DNA of 63,953 bases, the filler included, from Barthelona sp. PAP020 (taxonomy: Eukaryota), in NCBI GenBank assembly GCA_040182905.1. It is 5 parts of 5 records of this genome, joined end to end, with 100 filler letters (N's around TTAATTAATTAA, not from the genome) between each part and the next. Parts side by side here need not be neighbours in the genome. Positions count along the whole stretch, not along the records: positions 40,844 to 54,296 come from JARQWU010000324.1; 4 more parts are not named here. One strand, 5' to 3'. The translations under genes and the position numbers were made by a program. A model generated the notes under the pieces. The model was not told the origin of the DNA. It worked only from the letters and a program-made list of their open reading frames with translations, and ran no database searches. Of this stretch, positions 41,887 through 51,486 are shown piece by piece. The stretch's first letter is position 1. Each line of letters opens with the position of its first letter.

Positions 41887-43170
41887 CTAATCATCATTAT
41901 CGTTACTGTCATCATTTTCTTCTTTAACATACATGTACACATTACCATCATTATTTTTATTTTTGTTAATCATCCCAACATGCATCAATAATTATTTCAC
42001 ACTCCTCTTGATTCATTTTAATACCTACCGATACCAATTGTCTTATTATTTGAGTGTCCATATTCATGTCAATAAGATTTGATAAAACGTATCCATCATC
42101 TCTTGACAATTCAATGAGTCTGCATTGATGTGAGGGATCATATTCAGGGATTATTGAAAAAAGTTTAATTGTGTTATGTTCGCATCCCCCACATGCTAAT
42201 TGTGTTATGTCAAACGAAACCCAAAACAAAAATCTTTACTGCTACCACAATGTATCTTTTGAATCTCCTCAAAGCTATTCACATTGTATGAAGAAATATA
42301 ATCATTGCCAGACATAATAAGTAAAATATTTGAAGTAAGAAAATGAAGAGACCATACTTGACCCAGAACGAATTCATGAATAAGTGATCCGTCATCTATG
42401 TTCCATAGTTTGACTTTCTTTAACACATCGCCAACAGCGATCATTCTTTTGGTTGGATGAAAGTCAATGGAATATGCCTCTTCATCTTGCTTGAATGTAT
42501 GAATAATAGAGAAATGGTCAGTATCAACTAGTTTAGCCGTATGATCACAAGAACAAGTTAAAAGTGGTTTGCCATCCGAAGCGGTTTAGTCTCCAAATAT
42601 ACTCAGAATGAAGTTTCTCTTCAAAAAGAACATCACCATTATTTACATCCCACTTCCTAAGATTTCCATCTTCATCACCAGAATATATACAATTCGAACA
42701 ATGCAAAAAACAAATTCCAAAAACAAAAGTGTTATTGGTGAATCGCCGTAGGATGGAGAAATCTGGAAGACTGCATATAATAATGGAATAATATTTGGAA
42801 CTTGTGGCTAACTTTTGTCCATCCGGTAAAAAAAAAACACTACAAACATCATATCTATGATCTGCTAAAGTTCGATTCAGTCTTCCAGTTTCGATATCAC
42901 ATACAAAAGCATTGCCACCCTCACTCCCAATAACTAAATATTTACCATGTGGGGAGTATTCAAAGTCATTCATGTGAGACAAAAGATTGGGAAATACCCC
43001 TTCAATTTCCCAAACACTGTCTTCATTAATTCTGCGATTAAGCAACCAAAGAATATTCTTCCTTAACAACTCAGTGTCGAACTCATCAGAAATATCAAAC
43101 AGTCCATGAAAAAATTTGAAGTAACAAAATGGCCACACTGCTCTTTTTTTTTTTTTGATTCAATGGACAA
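41887..43170 (-). pseudogene. Frameshifted WD40-family pseudogene
   Basis: One WD40 protein is split by frameshifts near 43150 (A13 run, no in-frame ATG), 42587, 42230 and 41970. The shifted frames continue naturally: SDGKPLLTCSCDHTAKLVD..., QLACGG..., and the acidic tail DGNVYMYVKEENDDSNDNDD*. Confidence 0.8.
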
Positions 43171-44140
43171 TTTTTTTTTCAATCAATTTGCAAAGAAATA
43201 AATCCGAAAACCCAATTTTCGAATTGATGAGTTTTAATCTAATTATGTGGGTGCTTTCCCTTTTTTTTTTGATTGTCATTAAGATTATTGCCATTGTGGA
43301 GATGCTTGTTCGATAATATGTTTTATATGCTGATATTTCTCATCCTTTTTCAACCATTAATCCTATGAATTTTGTTTCATCAACTATCCCATCAAATAGT
43401 TGATGTTCTTTATAGTCTTCACCAACAATCAAAAAAGCTTTTTTGAGTCAGCAAAAAGTGTTTTTCATTCAGCTATCATGAGAAATTCCTCAATTTCAAA
43501 CACAGTGTAATTATTACATTTTAGTGATATATTTTAAACAGTTATCATTCTTTAAAACAGTAAAAGAGATATTATTTGTGATATTTTACCTCTTTCACTG
43601 TTAACAAATGAATGATGACTTGTTATTGAAATAATTTTATTTATTATTATTTCACCAGTTTCACTTATCAATCAGATTTTTAGTGCACAAAAATATTGAA
43701 CGATCACAATTGAACCCTCTCGTCTGTTATTGTGATCTATGACAAAACATGAATTCTTATCTTTGATTCCACAAAATATTCTCAAAAAACAATGGATTAA
43801 ACATATTTATACTTTGAATTGATTAAAACTCCCACAGTTCAGGCTTGTTTCAATGGATTACTTTGTACAATCTCTACCATTTGCACATATTTGCCCTTCC
43901 TTTTTTCATCGAATGCGAAACTTTGTCGATCCTTTTTCAATTTCTTTCATCATTAAATGAACCATTTAGATTAGTATCAAAGAACTTGAGTGGATTGAAA
44001 CGTTGTGTAAATAATAAAAATCAAGGTATTTTTATTGGGCAAAATATACAAACAAAACACAATCTTCATTTTTTGAGTGTTTGAATGAATCAAAAGATTG
44101 AAAATAAAAACAAAAACGTTTTTTTTTTATTGTATATAAA

Positions 44141-47100
44141 TTATTCTGCCACAAGAACCATTTGAATCTTTAATTGAGGACAATACAAATATATGCTGTA
44201 ATTATAATTCACAATGGCATCAAACAATGGAGAAATTACTAACTGACGCGAAAAATGCTTGACAATAAACTTCCGATATAACACTGTTGTTTTTTCAGTG
44301 TAATATGAAGTTAAAAATGTTAAGTTTTGATGGTTTGTTATCGGTAAATCTTGTGATGTAGTGTAAACAGCCAATCCAATGTCAGCATCACAATGATCAT
44401 CTATTATCAAAGTCACATGAAAATCAAGGAAACTGTGAAGATATTTTCGATAATCACCACTCAATAAAACTTTATATTGTGGGGCAAATGTTATATTTTG
44501 AATATTTTCCATGTTGATTGGAAAATTGGATTTCCAAATATTATGAACTTGATAGGAATTCATGGAACCAAAAAGGACAACTCTGGAAATAAACCCTTGA
44601 TTTTTTTTGAATTCATTAAACGAAAACCAAAGGTGATCATTATCATCCGGATCCCCTAATAATAATCGCAAATAGGGTGACCATCTGGGAGAACCGACAT
44701 TATATTCACCAACAAATCTGTTTAAAGATTCAAACGCTTGTTTGTTTTGGGGAGATAATTTGATCAATTTTTGACTACTTGCTTTTTTATCGATTCTTTG
44801 CAATCTTGATATTTTCCAGATGGATCCAGGAATCAATCCAAGACTTGATTCCTCAATATACATTAAAGCTTGACGATCATAATCTTTTTGAACGATAGAA
44901 TTGATTCCACTCCATAGTTTTGCAGATAGAGATGATGAAATTGTAATTGCTGAAAAACAAGATGGAACACTCATACCACATAAAAGATGTGTCAACATGG
45001 GAACACATATATTATGAATTGCATAAGAATCATACAATTTTGCTAGGCCCTTGGCAATAATAGTAATTAATAGATCTTTTTTCTCAAAGAATTTAGGTAA
45101 CAACCAATTATCATTAATTATAGGAATAAATGAATCAACGAAAACATATCTAGGTCTTCCTTGGTCATAAAAGCGTAATAAAAAGATGCCACAATCCACA
45201 TTTTGATGAATAATTACACTTTCTAAAACTTTTGGAGAAGTGTTAATGAAGAATTCAACAACAGAATTAAATGGTACCACACTATTCTTTTTAGTGTGTA
45301 TAAAATAAATTTCCCCATTTTTTGGTACTGAAAAGGAATAATCCAAATTAGGGTCATCACAACAACTTTGATAACTAATATTGTTCATAATTTTAAATTC
45401 AAAATTTGGATCTTTCCACTTATTAATTTTGTTATCATTCTTGTCTTCTGTATTGTAAAACTCTTTTAAATAATGACAAAAAGTAAACATAAACTCCTCA
45501 AACTGCAGGTCTAAATCATAATTGAACATTGAATCATATGCCATTAAATGTCCTTTTATTCTGCTGATATGACAACGAATTCTGGTAAACCTATCAATAA
45601 AATGACAGGTTTGTTTTAAACGACTATTTATTGTCAATTGTTGTTGGAAAAAAGTTGTATAATTAATGACTTCCTTTTCAAATTCAACCATATATTTTAT
45701 GCTTTCAGTTAACAAGTCTGAATTTGCTATTCTGGAGCAAATAAACGATAAATTATTGGTTATCATCAATAAATGAGATATTATCTTGCTCAATTTAACA
45801 GAGCAATTGTTTAATTCTTCGGTAACAGACAATTTCTGACCATCTTGAGGTTCTATGATTTGACTATTTTGTATCATTTCAGCAACTTTGTTTGTCATAC
45901 ATTCAAAATCATCAGCATCATCAGAATTATCAATTTGATCATCGTCATTGATTGGGTTGATGCAATTATCCATTGAATCATTCGAATTCATATTCATATT
46001 CATATTTTTGACAAAATGGTCATAATTAGAATTTGGTGATTTATCATTAAAAGCAAAATTTGCTGGATTACTATTGATGTTTAGACGTTCACTTTGATTC
46101 TTTATTTCATTAATAAATTCATCATCAACAGGAATGTCAGAAAGTAATTGATTGTCAGTTCTAGCAAGTGAAACAGGTAAAAATTCACTTTCTTCATCAA
46201 TCGTATCTTCAGTTAAAATATCTTGTGATAATATCGGTGAAGATATAGGTGTTTGAATTTCAGGAATAGTATTGACTTTTCCACCAACAATAACATTTGA
46301 TTGAATATCATCATCTTCACTATCATTATCATTTTGTTCAAGAGACATCGAACGGTCGGAAAGATCATTATTAGCAGATATTACAGACATCGCTGTGCTA
46401 TCAATTGTCAAATTTCTTACTGCATTGATTGAGTTAGGACTGTTTTGATTTGAATTGTAATTCAACATTATAGGTAAACTTAAAGATCCAGTGCTAACCA
46501 ATAATTTGCTGGAAGAAATCATATCAAAGGAAATATGCTGTGGTAAAGTGTTTATTTCATTATTAAACACATTTCTCAATCTTATCAAAGCTTCTTCTTT
46601 GACAATCTGATGATTAGTTGTAATTTCAATGCTTTTTTCCCTAATAATATTGGTATAATTGAAAAAATCAACTGAAAATTTTTTCAATTCTCTTTCTGAA
46701 ATCCTATCCAATTTTTCATAACTCATACAGTTTTTTTTATTGGTAAAAAAATAATCATTTAAATCATTTGAGATCATATTCTCCTTGGTATGAGCAGCCA
46801 ATAATAAATTAATGATGTATTCCGCAAAATGAAAGGCCTCATTATAATAGGTCATTCTACTATTGATTACAGTATCCCAATAACGCTTATTCAATTTGTT
46901 GACTAAAATCTTGGAATTCACCTTAACTTTTTGCATTTGAGGCCCTAAAGAAGGATCTTCTAAACCTTGCTGAAACATTTTAATCTTTGACTTGATTACA
47001 ATCTGTTTTCTAATAACATCCTGGTATAAAGAAGTTCTTTTATTTAAATTACTGTTAAGAGTTCCATAATTCAAGTAATTACTGTATTGTGTGTTTAAAA

Positions 47101-49804
47101 TCATGGATGAAGATGATGATGAGGAAATCGTGGAATTCGTTGAACTTTTCAATTCAACAAAAACAGGATATTTTTTTTCAGCACTTTCAAAAGCTTCTTC
47201 TAACATTTCTTCATCAATCAATGGAAGATATAATAGTAAATATCTACTTGCCGCAGTTTGAAAATTTTCCCCAAAATACAATTGTAATATGAACAATACA
47301 ACCATCCCATAAACAGCAACAGGATTATAAAAATATCTTGTGATCAATATCAAGACAGAAATTCCAGAATACAGCAAGAAATGTCCAAAACCGATTGCGG
47401 ATGACACATCTTCATTACGATTATGTATACTATTATGTTTAATAATTGGAAAACCAAATAAATGACTGTGAGCAAAACTATTCACATCAAAACTAGTTGC
47501 AAAAAAGAAAGATATTGAAATAGAATTACATATCAATACAAATACAGAAAGAATAATGGACAATATCAAAGCAATTTGCCAATAATATGTTTTAAAAGTA
47601 GATTGAGGCAAATAAAAATATAAAATAATTGGAACGCCTAAAATTAACATGGAAAATCCAGAACCAATCAATTTTGTATGTGCAAATGCTTTGCCATGTT
47701 TATTATAGTATCGTGAAAGAAATAGAATAAAGCTAAATGAACAAATAACAAACTGTAACAACAAGGTAAAAAAAATTTCAATAAAACTTGAATGTTTTAA
47801 CCAATACCATAAAACAATCAAACATACATTATACCAAAACAATAATTGAGGTACCAACATGTGCTTGAAATCTAACAAAATCATCCAAATGAGACATAAT
47901 ATCAAAAAAGTGGTCAAAATAAAAAGATCAAAATTTCGATGGAAAAACAAGGGAGTATTAAAGACATAGTCAAAAACCACAATTAAACTGCTGGAGAACA
48001 ACATAACTACACCTGATGTTAAAATAAAAGTAGTCGGTAAAGATTCGTTGTGTAATAATAATACAAGTAAATCACCAAACACCGTTTCGCAAATGAACAA
48101 TAAAAAAATAACTTTGCTGAATACTGTTCTTTCCTTGTTAAACAGACCAATCGTTAATGCAATGAATATAAAAAAAACTCCCATTAATTTTCTAAACAAT
48201 AAACGTCGCCTCAAGTTATCATAATAAATCTGCAATGGTGTTTTTGATTCACTAAATGCGAGATCAAAATCTAAAACATCATACATTGTATATATCACTC
48301 GACTGGAGCCCAAATAACAACCAAAAAAAAATCCCATAATCATGTCATTAACTAGAATAACTTTCAATTGAAAATCAAGAATAAACACAAATAATGTTGA
48401 TAAAAATCCTGCTAAGATTATTTGTAACACTTTAAATTGAAAATGTCTCTGTAAAAATGATGGAATCCCGTTGTCCAACGCTTTTTTCAAATCATCTTCC
48501 AAATCAACATTTATGTCCGACGAAGCAATAGAACAATCATCATTGGAAGGCATATCTTGATTAAACTCATCAAAGTCATCATTTCCACACATATGTAATC
48601 TTTTGGATATGAACAAATGATTCTTATGTGGAAAATTACCAAGAAAAGAGAATAAATATGCCGCAGGAATCATCAACAAAATCCAAATACCACAGGATAC
48701 ACTTGATATAATCCAAGTACGAAAATCAAAGAATAAATATTGAAAAGAACTGTGAGAAACATAATAATTCAGCGAAAAGATTAAAATTACTAACAAAAAA
48801 ATGCAAAATTCAAATGAATTAATCAATCTTTTAATAAACTTAAATCTGTTTGGAACCGGAAAAACAGCAATTGGAAACTCAATAGTACAATCCTTTTGGA
48901 CTCTTGTCAAACGAACAGGTATTGAATAAATTTGTTTTGACAAGAAGATTTGATGAAATAAAAATGAACAACCCATGGCTAATGGAGCAAAAATTATTGC
49001 ATAACCCACATGAAAGTAAGAAATTATTATGGTAGAGATGTTAATCACGAGGCTGAATAACTGAATCGTGCCGGAATTTCTCAAAGTAATACTGAAAGGA
49101 TATAAACAAGATATAAAATTACAAATGAATAATACAATCAAAAGAAAAGCAGATAAATGACTATCATGCGAAGGTTTATGAATGGCAATAAATATTGATA
49201 AACAAACAGATAAAATGGCCAATCCCAAACCTCCTATCTTTCTCCAAATGCTCGATTTTTGCAATGACTCGGCAACGTTATTCGTTTGCCAAAGCTTAAC
49301 CATGTTCAATGTAAAATTCTTTTGAGCACTACCAAACAATGTTGTCCATCCAATGGAAAATGCCCCCAATAACAATGATATTGGTGGCATAATTGAATTC
49401 AGTGACCTGATCGGAAAAACAACTATGAAGCACAAAATGATATTCCACTTCAAAGCAAACATTGGCCAATGGGGCTGACCTTTTTCCACTTTTAAAGAAA
49501 CATAATAATGTAAAACTAAAGGACTCAACAATAAATATACAGGGGTACGAAGTAATTGGGTAAAATCATTATCATCTTTTAAAAAACTTACATATGTAGC
49601 TACTATTATCCATATCATATTTAAAATGAAATATATAATATATAAAATATGAGGTATAATGGATTTTCCAGACGAAATTCGAGGTTTAATCAAAAATGGT
49701 CTTCCATCACATTTCCAAAAAAAAATAACCCCAATTATGGAATAGATATAGAATCCGAAGTGCAAAAAATTGTATAATATCTGAATATCATCTGTAATAC
49801 CCAT
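44141..49804 (-). CDS. Multi-pass transmembrane calpain-like protein (DEK1/TML-calpain architecture), predicted catalytically inactive
   Basis: Roughly 20 hydrophobic segments and a linker, then CysPc remnants (WKDPNF, GIFLLRFYDQG...VFVDSFIP, IAKGLAKLYDSY, LWFSFNEF) and a domain III start (FAPQYKV). Confidence 0.8.
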   Translation of the reverse strand: MGITDDIQILYNFLHFGFYIYSIIGVIFFWKCDGRPFLIKPRISSGKSIIPHILYIIYFILNMIWIIVATYVSFLKDDNDFTQLLRTPVYLLLSPLVLHYYVSLKVEKGQPHWPMFALKWNIILCFIVVFPIRSLNSIMPPISLLLGAFSIGWTTLFGSAQKNFTLNMVKLWQTNNVAESLQKSSIWRKIGGLGLAILSVCLSIFIAIHKPSHDSHLSAFLLIVLFICNFISCLYPFSITLRNSGTIQLFSLVINISTIIISYFHVGYAIIFAPLAMGCSFLFHQIFLSKQIYSIPVRLTRVQKDCTIEFPIAVFPVPNRFKFIKRLINSFEFCIFLLVILIFSLNYYVSHSSFQYLFFDFRTWIISSVSCGIWILLMIPAAYLFSFLGNFPHKNHLFISKRLHMCGNDDFDEFNQDMPSNDDCSIASSDINVDLEDDLKKALDNGIPSFLQRHFQFKVLQIILAGFLSTLFVFILDFQLKVILVNDMIMGFFFGCYLGSSRVIYTMYDVLDFDLAFSESKTPLQIYYDNLRRRLLFRKLMGVFFIFIALTIGLFNKERTVFSKVIFLLFICETVFGDLLVLLLHNESLPTTFILTSGVVMLFSSSLIVVFDYVFNTPLFFHRNFDLFILTTFLILCLIWMILLDFKHMLVPQLLFWYNVCLIVLWYWLKHSSFIEIFFTLLLQFVICSFSFILFLSRYYNKHGKAFAHTKLIGSGFSMLILGVPIILYFYLPQSTFKTYYWQIALILSIILSVFVLICNSISISFFFATSFDVNSFAHSHLFGFPIIKHNSIHNRNEDVSSAIGFGHFLLYSGISVLILITRYFYNPVAVYGMVVLFILQLYFGENFQTAASRYLLLYLPLIDEEMLEEAFESAEKKYPVFVELKSSTNSTISSSSSSSMILNTQYSNYLNYGTLNSNLNKRTSLYQDVIRKQIVIKSKIKMFQQGLEDPSLGPQMQKVKVNSKILVNKLNKRYWDTVINSRMTYYNEAFHFAEYIINLLLAAHTKENMISNDLNDYFFTNKKNCMSYEKLDRISERELKKFSVDFFNYTNIIREKSIEITTNHQIVKEEALIRLRNVFNNEINTLPQHISFDMISSSKLLVSTGSLSLPIMLNYNSNQNSPNSINAVRNLTIDSTAMSVISANNDLSDRSMSLEQNDNDSEDDDIQSNVIVGGKVNTIPEIQTPISSPILSQDILTEDTIDEESEFLPVSLARTDNQLLSDIPVDDEFINEIKNQSERLNINSNPANFAFNDKSPNSNYDHFVKNMNMNMNSNDSMDNCINPINDDDQIDNSDDADDFECMTNKVAEMIQNSQIIEPQDGQKLSVTEELNNCSVKLSKIISHLLMITNNLSFICSRIANSDLLTESIKYMVEFEKEVINYTTFFQQQLTINSRLKQTCHFIDRFTRIRCHISRIKGHLMAYDSMFNYDLDLQFEEFMFTFCHYLKEFYNTEDKNDNKINKWKDPNFEFKIMNNISYQSCCDDPNLDYSFSVPKNGEIYFIHTKKNSVVPFNSVVEFFINTSPKVLESVIIHQNVDCGIFLLRFYDQGRPRYVFVDSFIPIINDNWLLPKFFEKKDLLITIIAKGLAKLYDSYAIHNICVPMLTHLLCGMSVPSCFSAITISSSLSAKLWSGINSIVQKDYDRQALMYIEESSLGLIPGSIWKISRLQRIDKKASSQKLIKLSPQNKQAFESLNRFVGEYNVGSPRWSPYLRLLLGDPDDNDHLWFSFNEFKKNQGFISRVVLFGSMNSYQVHNIWKSNFPINMENIQNITFAPQYKVLLSGDYRKYLHSFLDFHVTLIIDDHCDADIGLAVYTTSQDLPITNHQNLTFLTSYYTEKTTVLYRKFIVKHFSRQLVISPLFDAIVNYNYSIYLYCPQLKIQMVLVAE

Positions 49805-50194
49805 CGAAAAAAAAGAAAAAAAATTGAAACAATTTTTTATAAATAAAAGCATTTAAACTGAACACTTTGTGCAATAAATTATGAAATTTAACAAGATAAA
49901 AACGACAAAGGAAGAATTAAATTTTTTTGCGGGTTTCATTCTCTTTCACACAAAAAAAGGAGAACTTATTTTTTTAATTGAAAATAATCATTACATAGTT
50001 TTGAAGCGATTTATAATTTTAACCAAAATTAAATTTTGATTCTTATCAGAGAACTATGTATGGCATGGATTTTCTTTTCTTTTTCAATATCTTCTTTGTC
50101 AAGATAAATTAACATTTTGAACAATTTCTTTGAAAAAGTGAGTAAATAATTATTTGAAGGTTTTTTCATTTTTTTTTTTGCAGTAATTTCTTCA

Positions 50195-50797
50195 ATGAAT
50201 AATAATATTCCACTGATAATATTGATAATTTTATTTGTATTTCAATGTGCATGTGCGAAAAATATTGACGATGAAGAGATTAACAGATGTATTAAAGAGA
50301 ATTCAATAAATGATAACGAATTGCGTATCATAAAGGAAAGATGTAAAAGTTCCGTAAATGTTGAAGAATGTATTTATGATTCATGCTGTGTAAATTACTC
50401 AGAAGAAGAAACAAAGATTGATTTAAAAGCAGGAGAAAACAACAATTCTATTTCTTTATTTTCTGAGAAATTTCAACGAGCCAATTGGAATATAACTTCT
50501 TCTGACATTCAGACTATTTTAATTAAATTCTTTGGAAATATTTTTAAAAGATCATTTATGGCAATTGGAAATTTTCTCAAAATTTTAGGCAGTAGAATTG
50601 ACAACACAATACATATTTCAAACATAGGAATAATCAAGTTTTTGAGCAAACATATCAAAAATTTTGCTTTGGCTATTGGATCTTTTGTGAAAACTGCCTC
50701 GATATGGGTTTACACAAAAATTGGAAAGACAACATTTGAAAAAATGAACACAATAATGAGGAAACTATATGATAGACAAATTAAACATGATCATTGA
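50195..50797 (+). CDS. Hypothetical secreted protein (signal peptide, Cys cluster, basic amphipathic helices)
   Basis: IPLIILIILFVFQCACA signal-like N-terminus, five further Cys, clean ORF. Confidence 0.65.
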   Translation: MNNNIPLIILIILFVFQCACAKNIDDEEINRCIKENSINDNELRIIKERCKSSVNVEECIYDSCCVNYSEEETKIDLKAGENNNSISLFSEKFQRANWNITSSDIQTILIKFFGNIFKRSFMAIGNFLKILGSRIDNTIHISNIGIIKFLSKHIKNFALAIGSFVKTASIWVYTKIGKTTFEKMNTIMRKLYDRQIKHDH

Positions 50798-51213
50798 GGT
50801 AAAAAAGAATTTGTAAATTTTTTTATTTTATTTGAAGTAAATATCCAAACATTTTCTTTGAGATAACAAAACATTACTTTCAACCAAATAGTGTTGCTTT
50901 GACCGAAAAAAAAATTAGGGAGAGTTGTTTGCAAGGCGATAATTTTTTGGCAGATCGAAATTTTCTGTTCTTCCTTTTTTCCTTGAATATTAAACTTTAC
51001 CATCAACTTCTCCAAAATTTTTGACCTTTTACAAGTGAACTGAAAGAAACCTTGAACATTTAGGATGAAGACATCAAGAATATCGGAGCCTTTGGGCTCT
51101 TTTGAACAATTAGTACTGCAAAGAATTTTACAGACTGCACAAAAAATACTTCTTCGCTGGACAGCCATTGAAATAAAAGGTTGAAACTGAGAAATCGAAA
51201 TCTGCCATTTCAT
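50791..51213 (-). CDS. Possible hypothetical protein (140 aa)
   Basis: ATG-started ORF filling an otherwise long gap, with coding-like GC. No recognisable motif, and it overlaps the neighbouring gene by 7 nt. Confidence 0.25.
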   Translation of the reverse strand: MKWQISISQFQPFISMAVQRRSIFCAVCKILCSTNCSKEPKGSDILDVFILNVQGFFQFTCKRSKILEKLMVKFNIQGKKEEQKISICQKIIALQTTLPNFFFGQSNTIWLKVMFCYLKENVWIFTSNKIKKFTNSFLPQ

Positions 51214-51486
51214 TTCATTGGTTTTAATGATTATTTCTTTATTTGAAACAATGGTTCACAATAATTTTGTTAAAGTTGTTCAATTAACAATTTGAATCCA
51301 AATAAAATCATTTTCAAAAATAAAAGAGGAAAAAATTAAAAAATAAAATGACGTGTTCACATCAATACATTTACATATACAACAGTCAGACTGAAATGAA
51401 TCTGTTCTCGCAATTTGAAGAAAAGTTCTTGATTACATTAAGCAAGCATTGTGCTCAAGTTGAGATTTAGAAACGTTTGGGTATCT

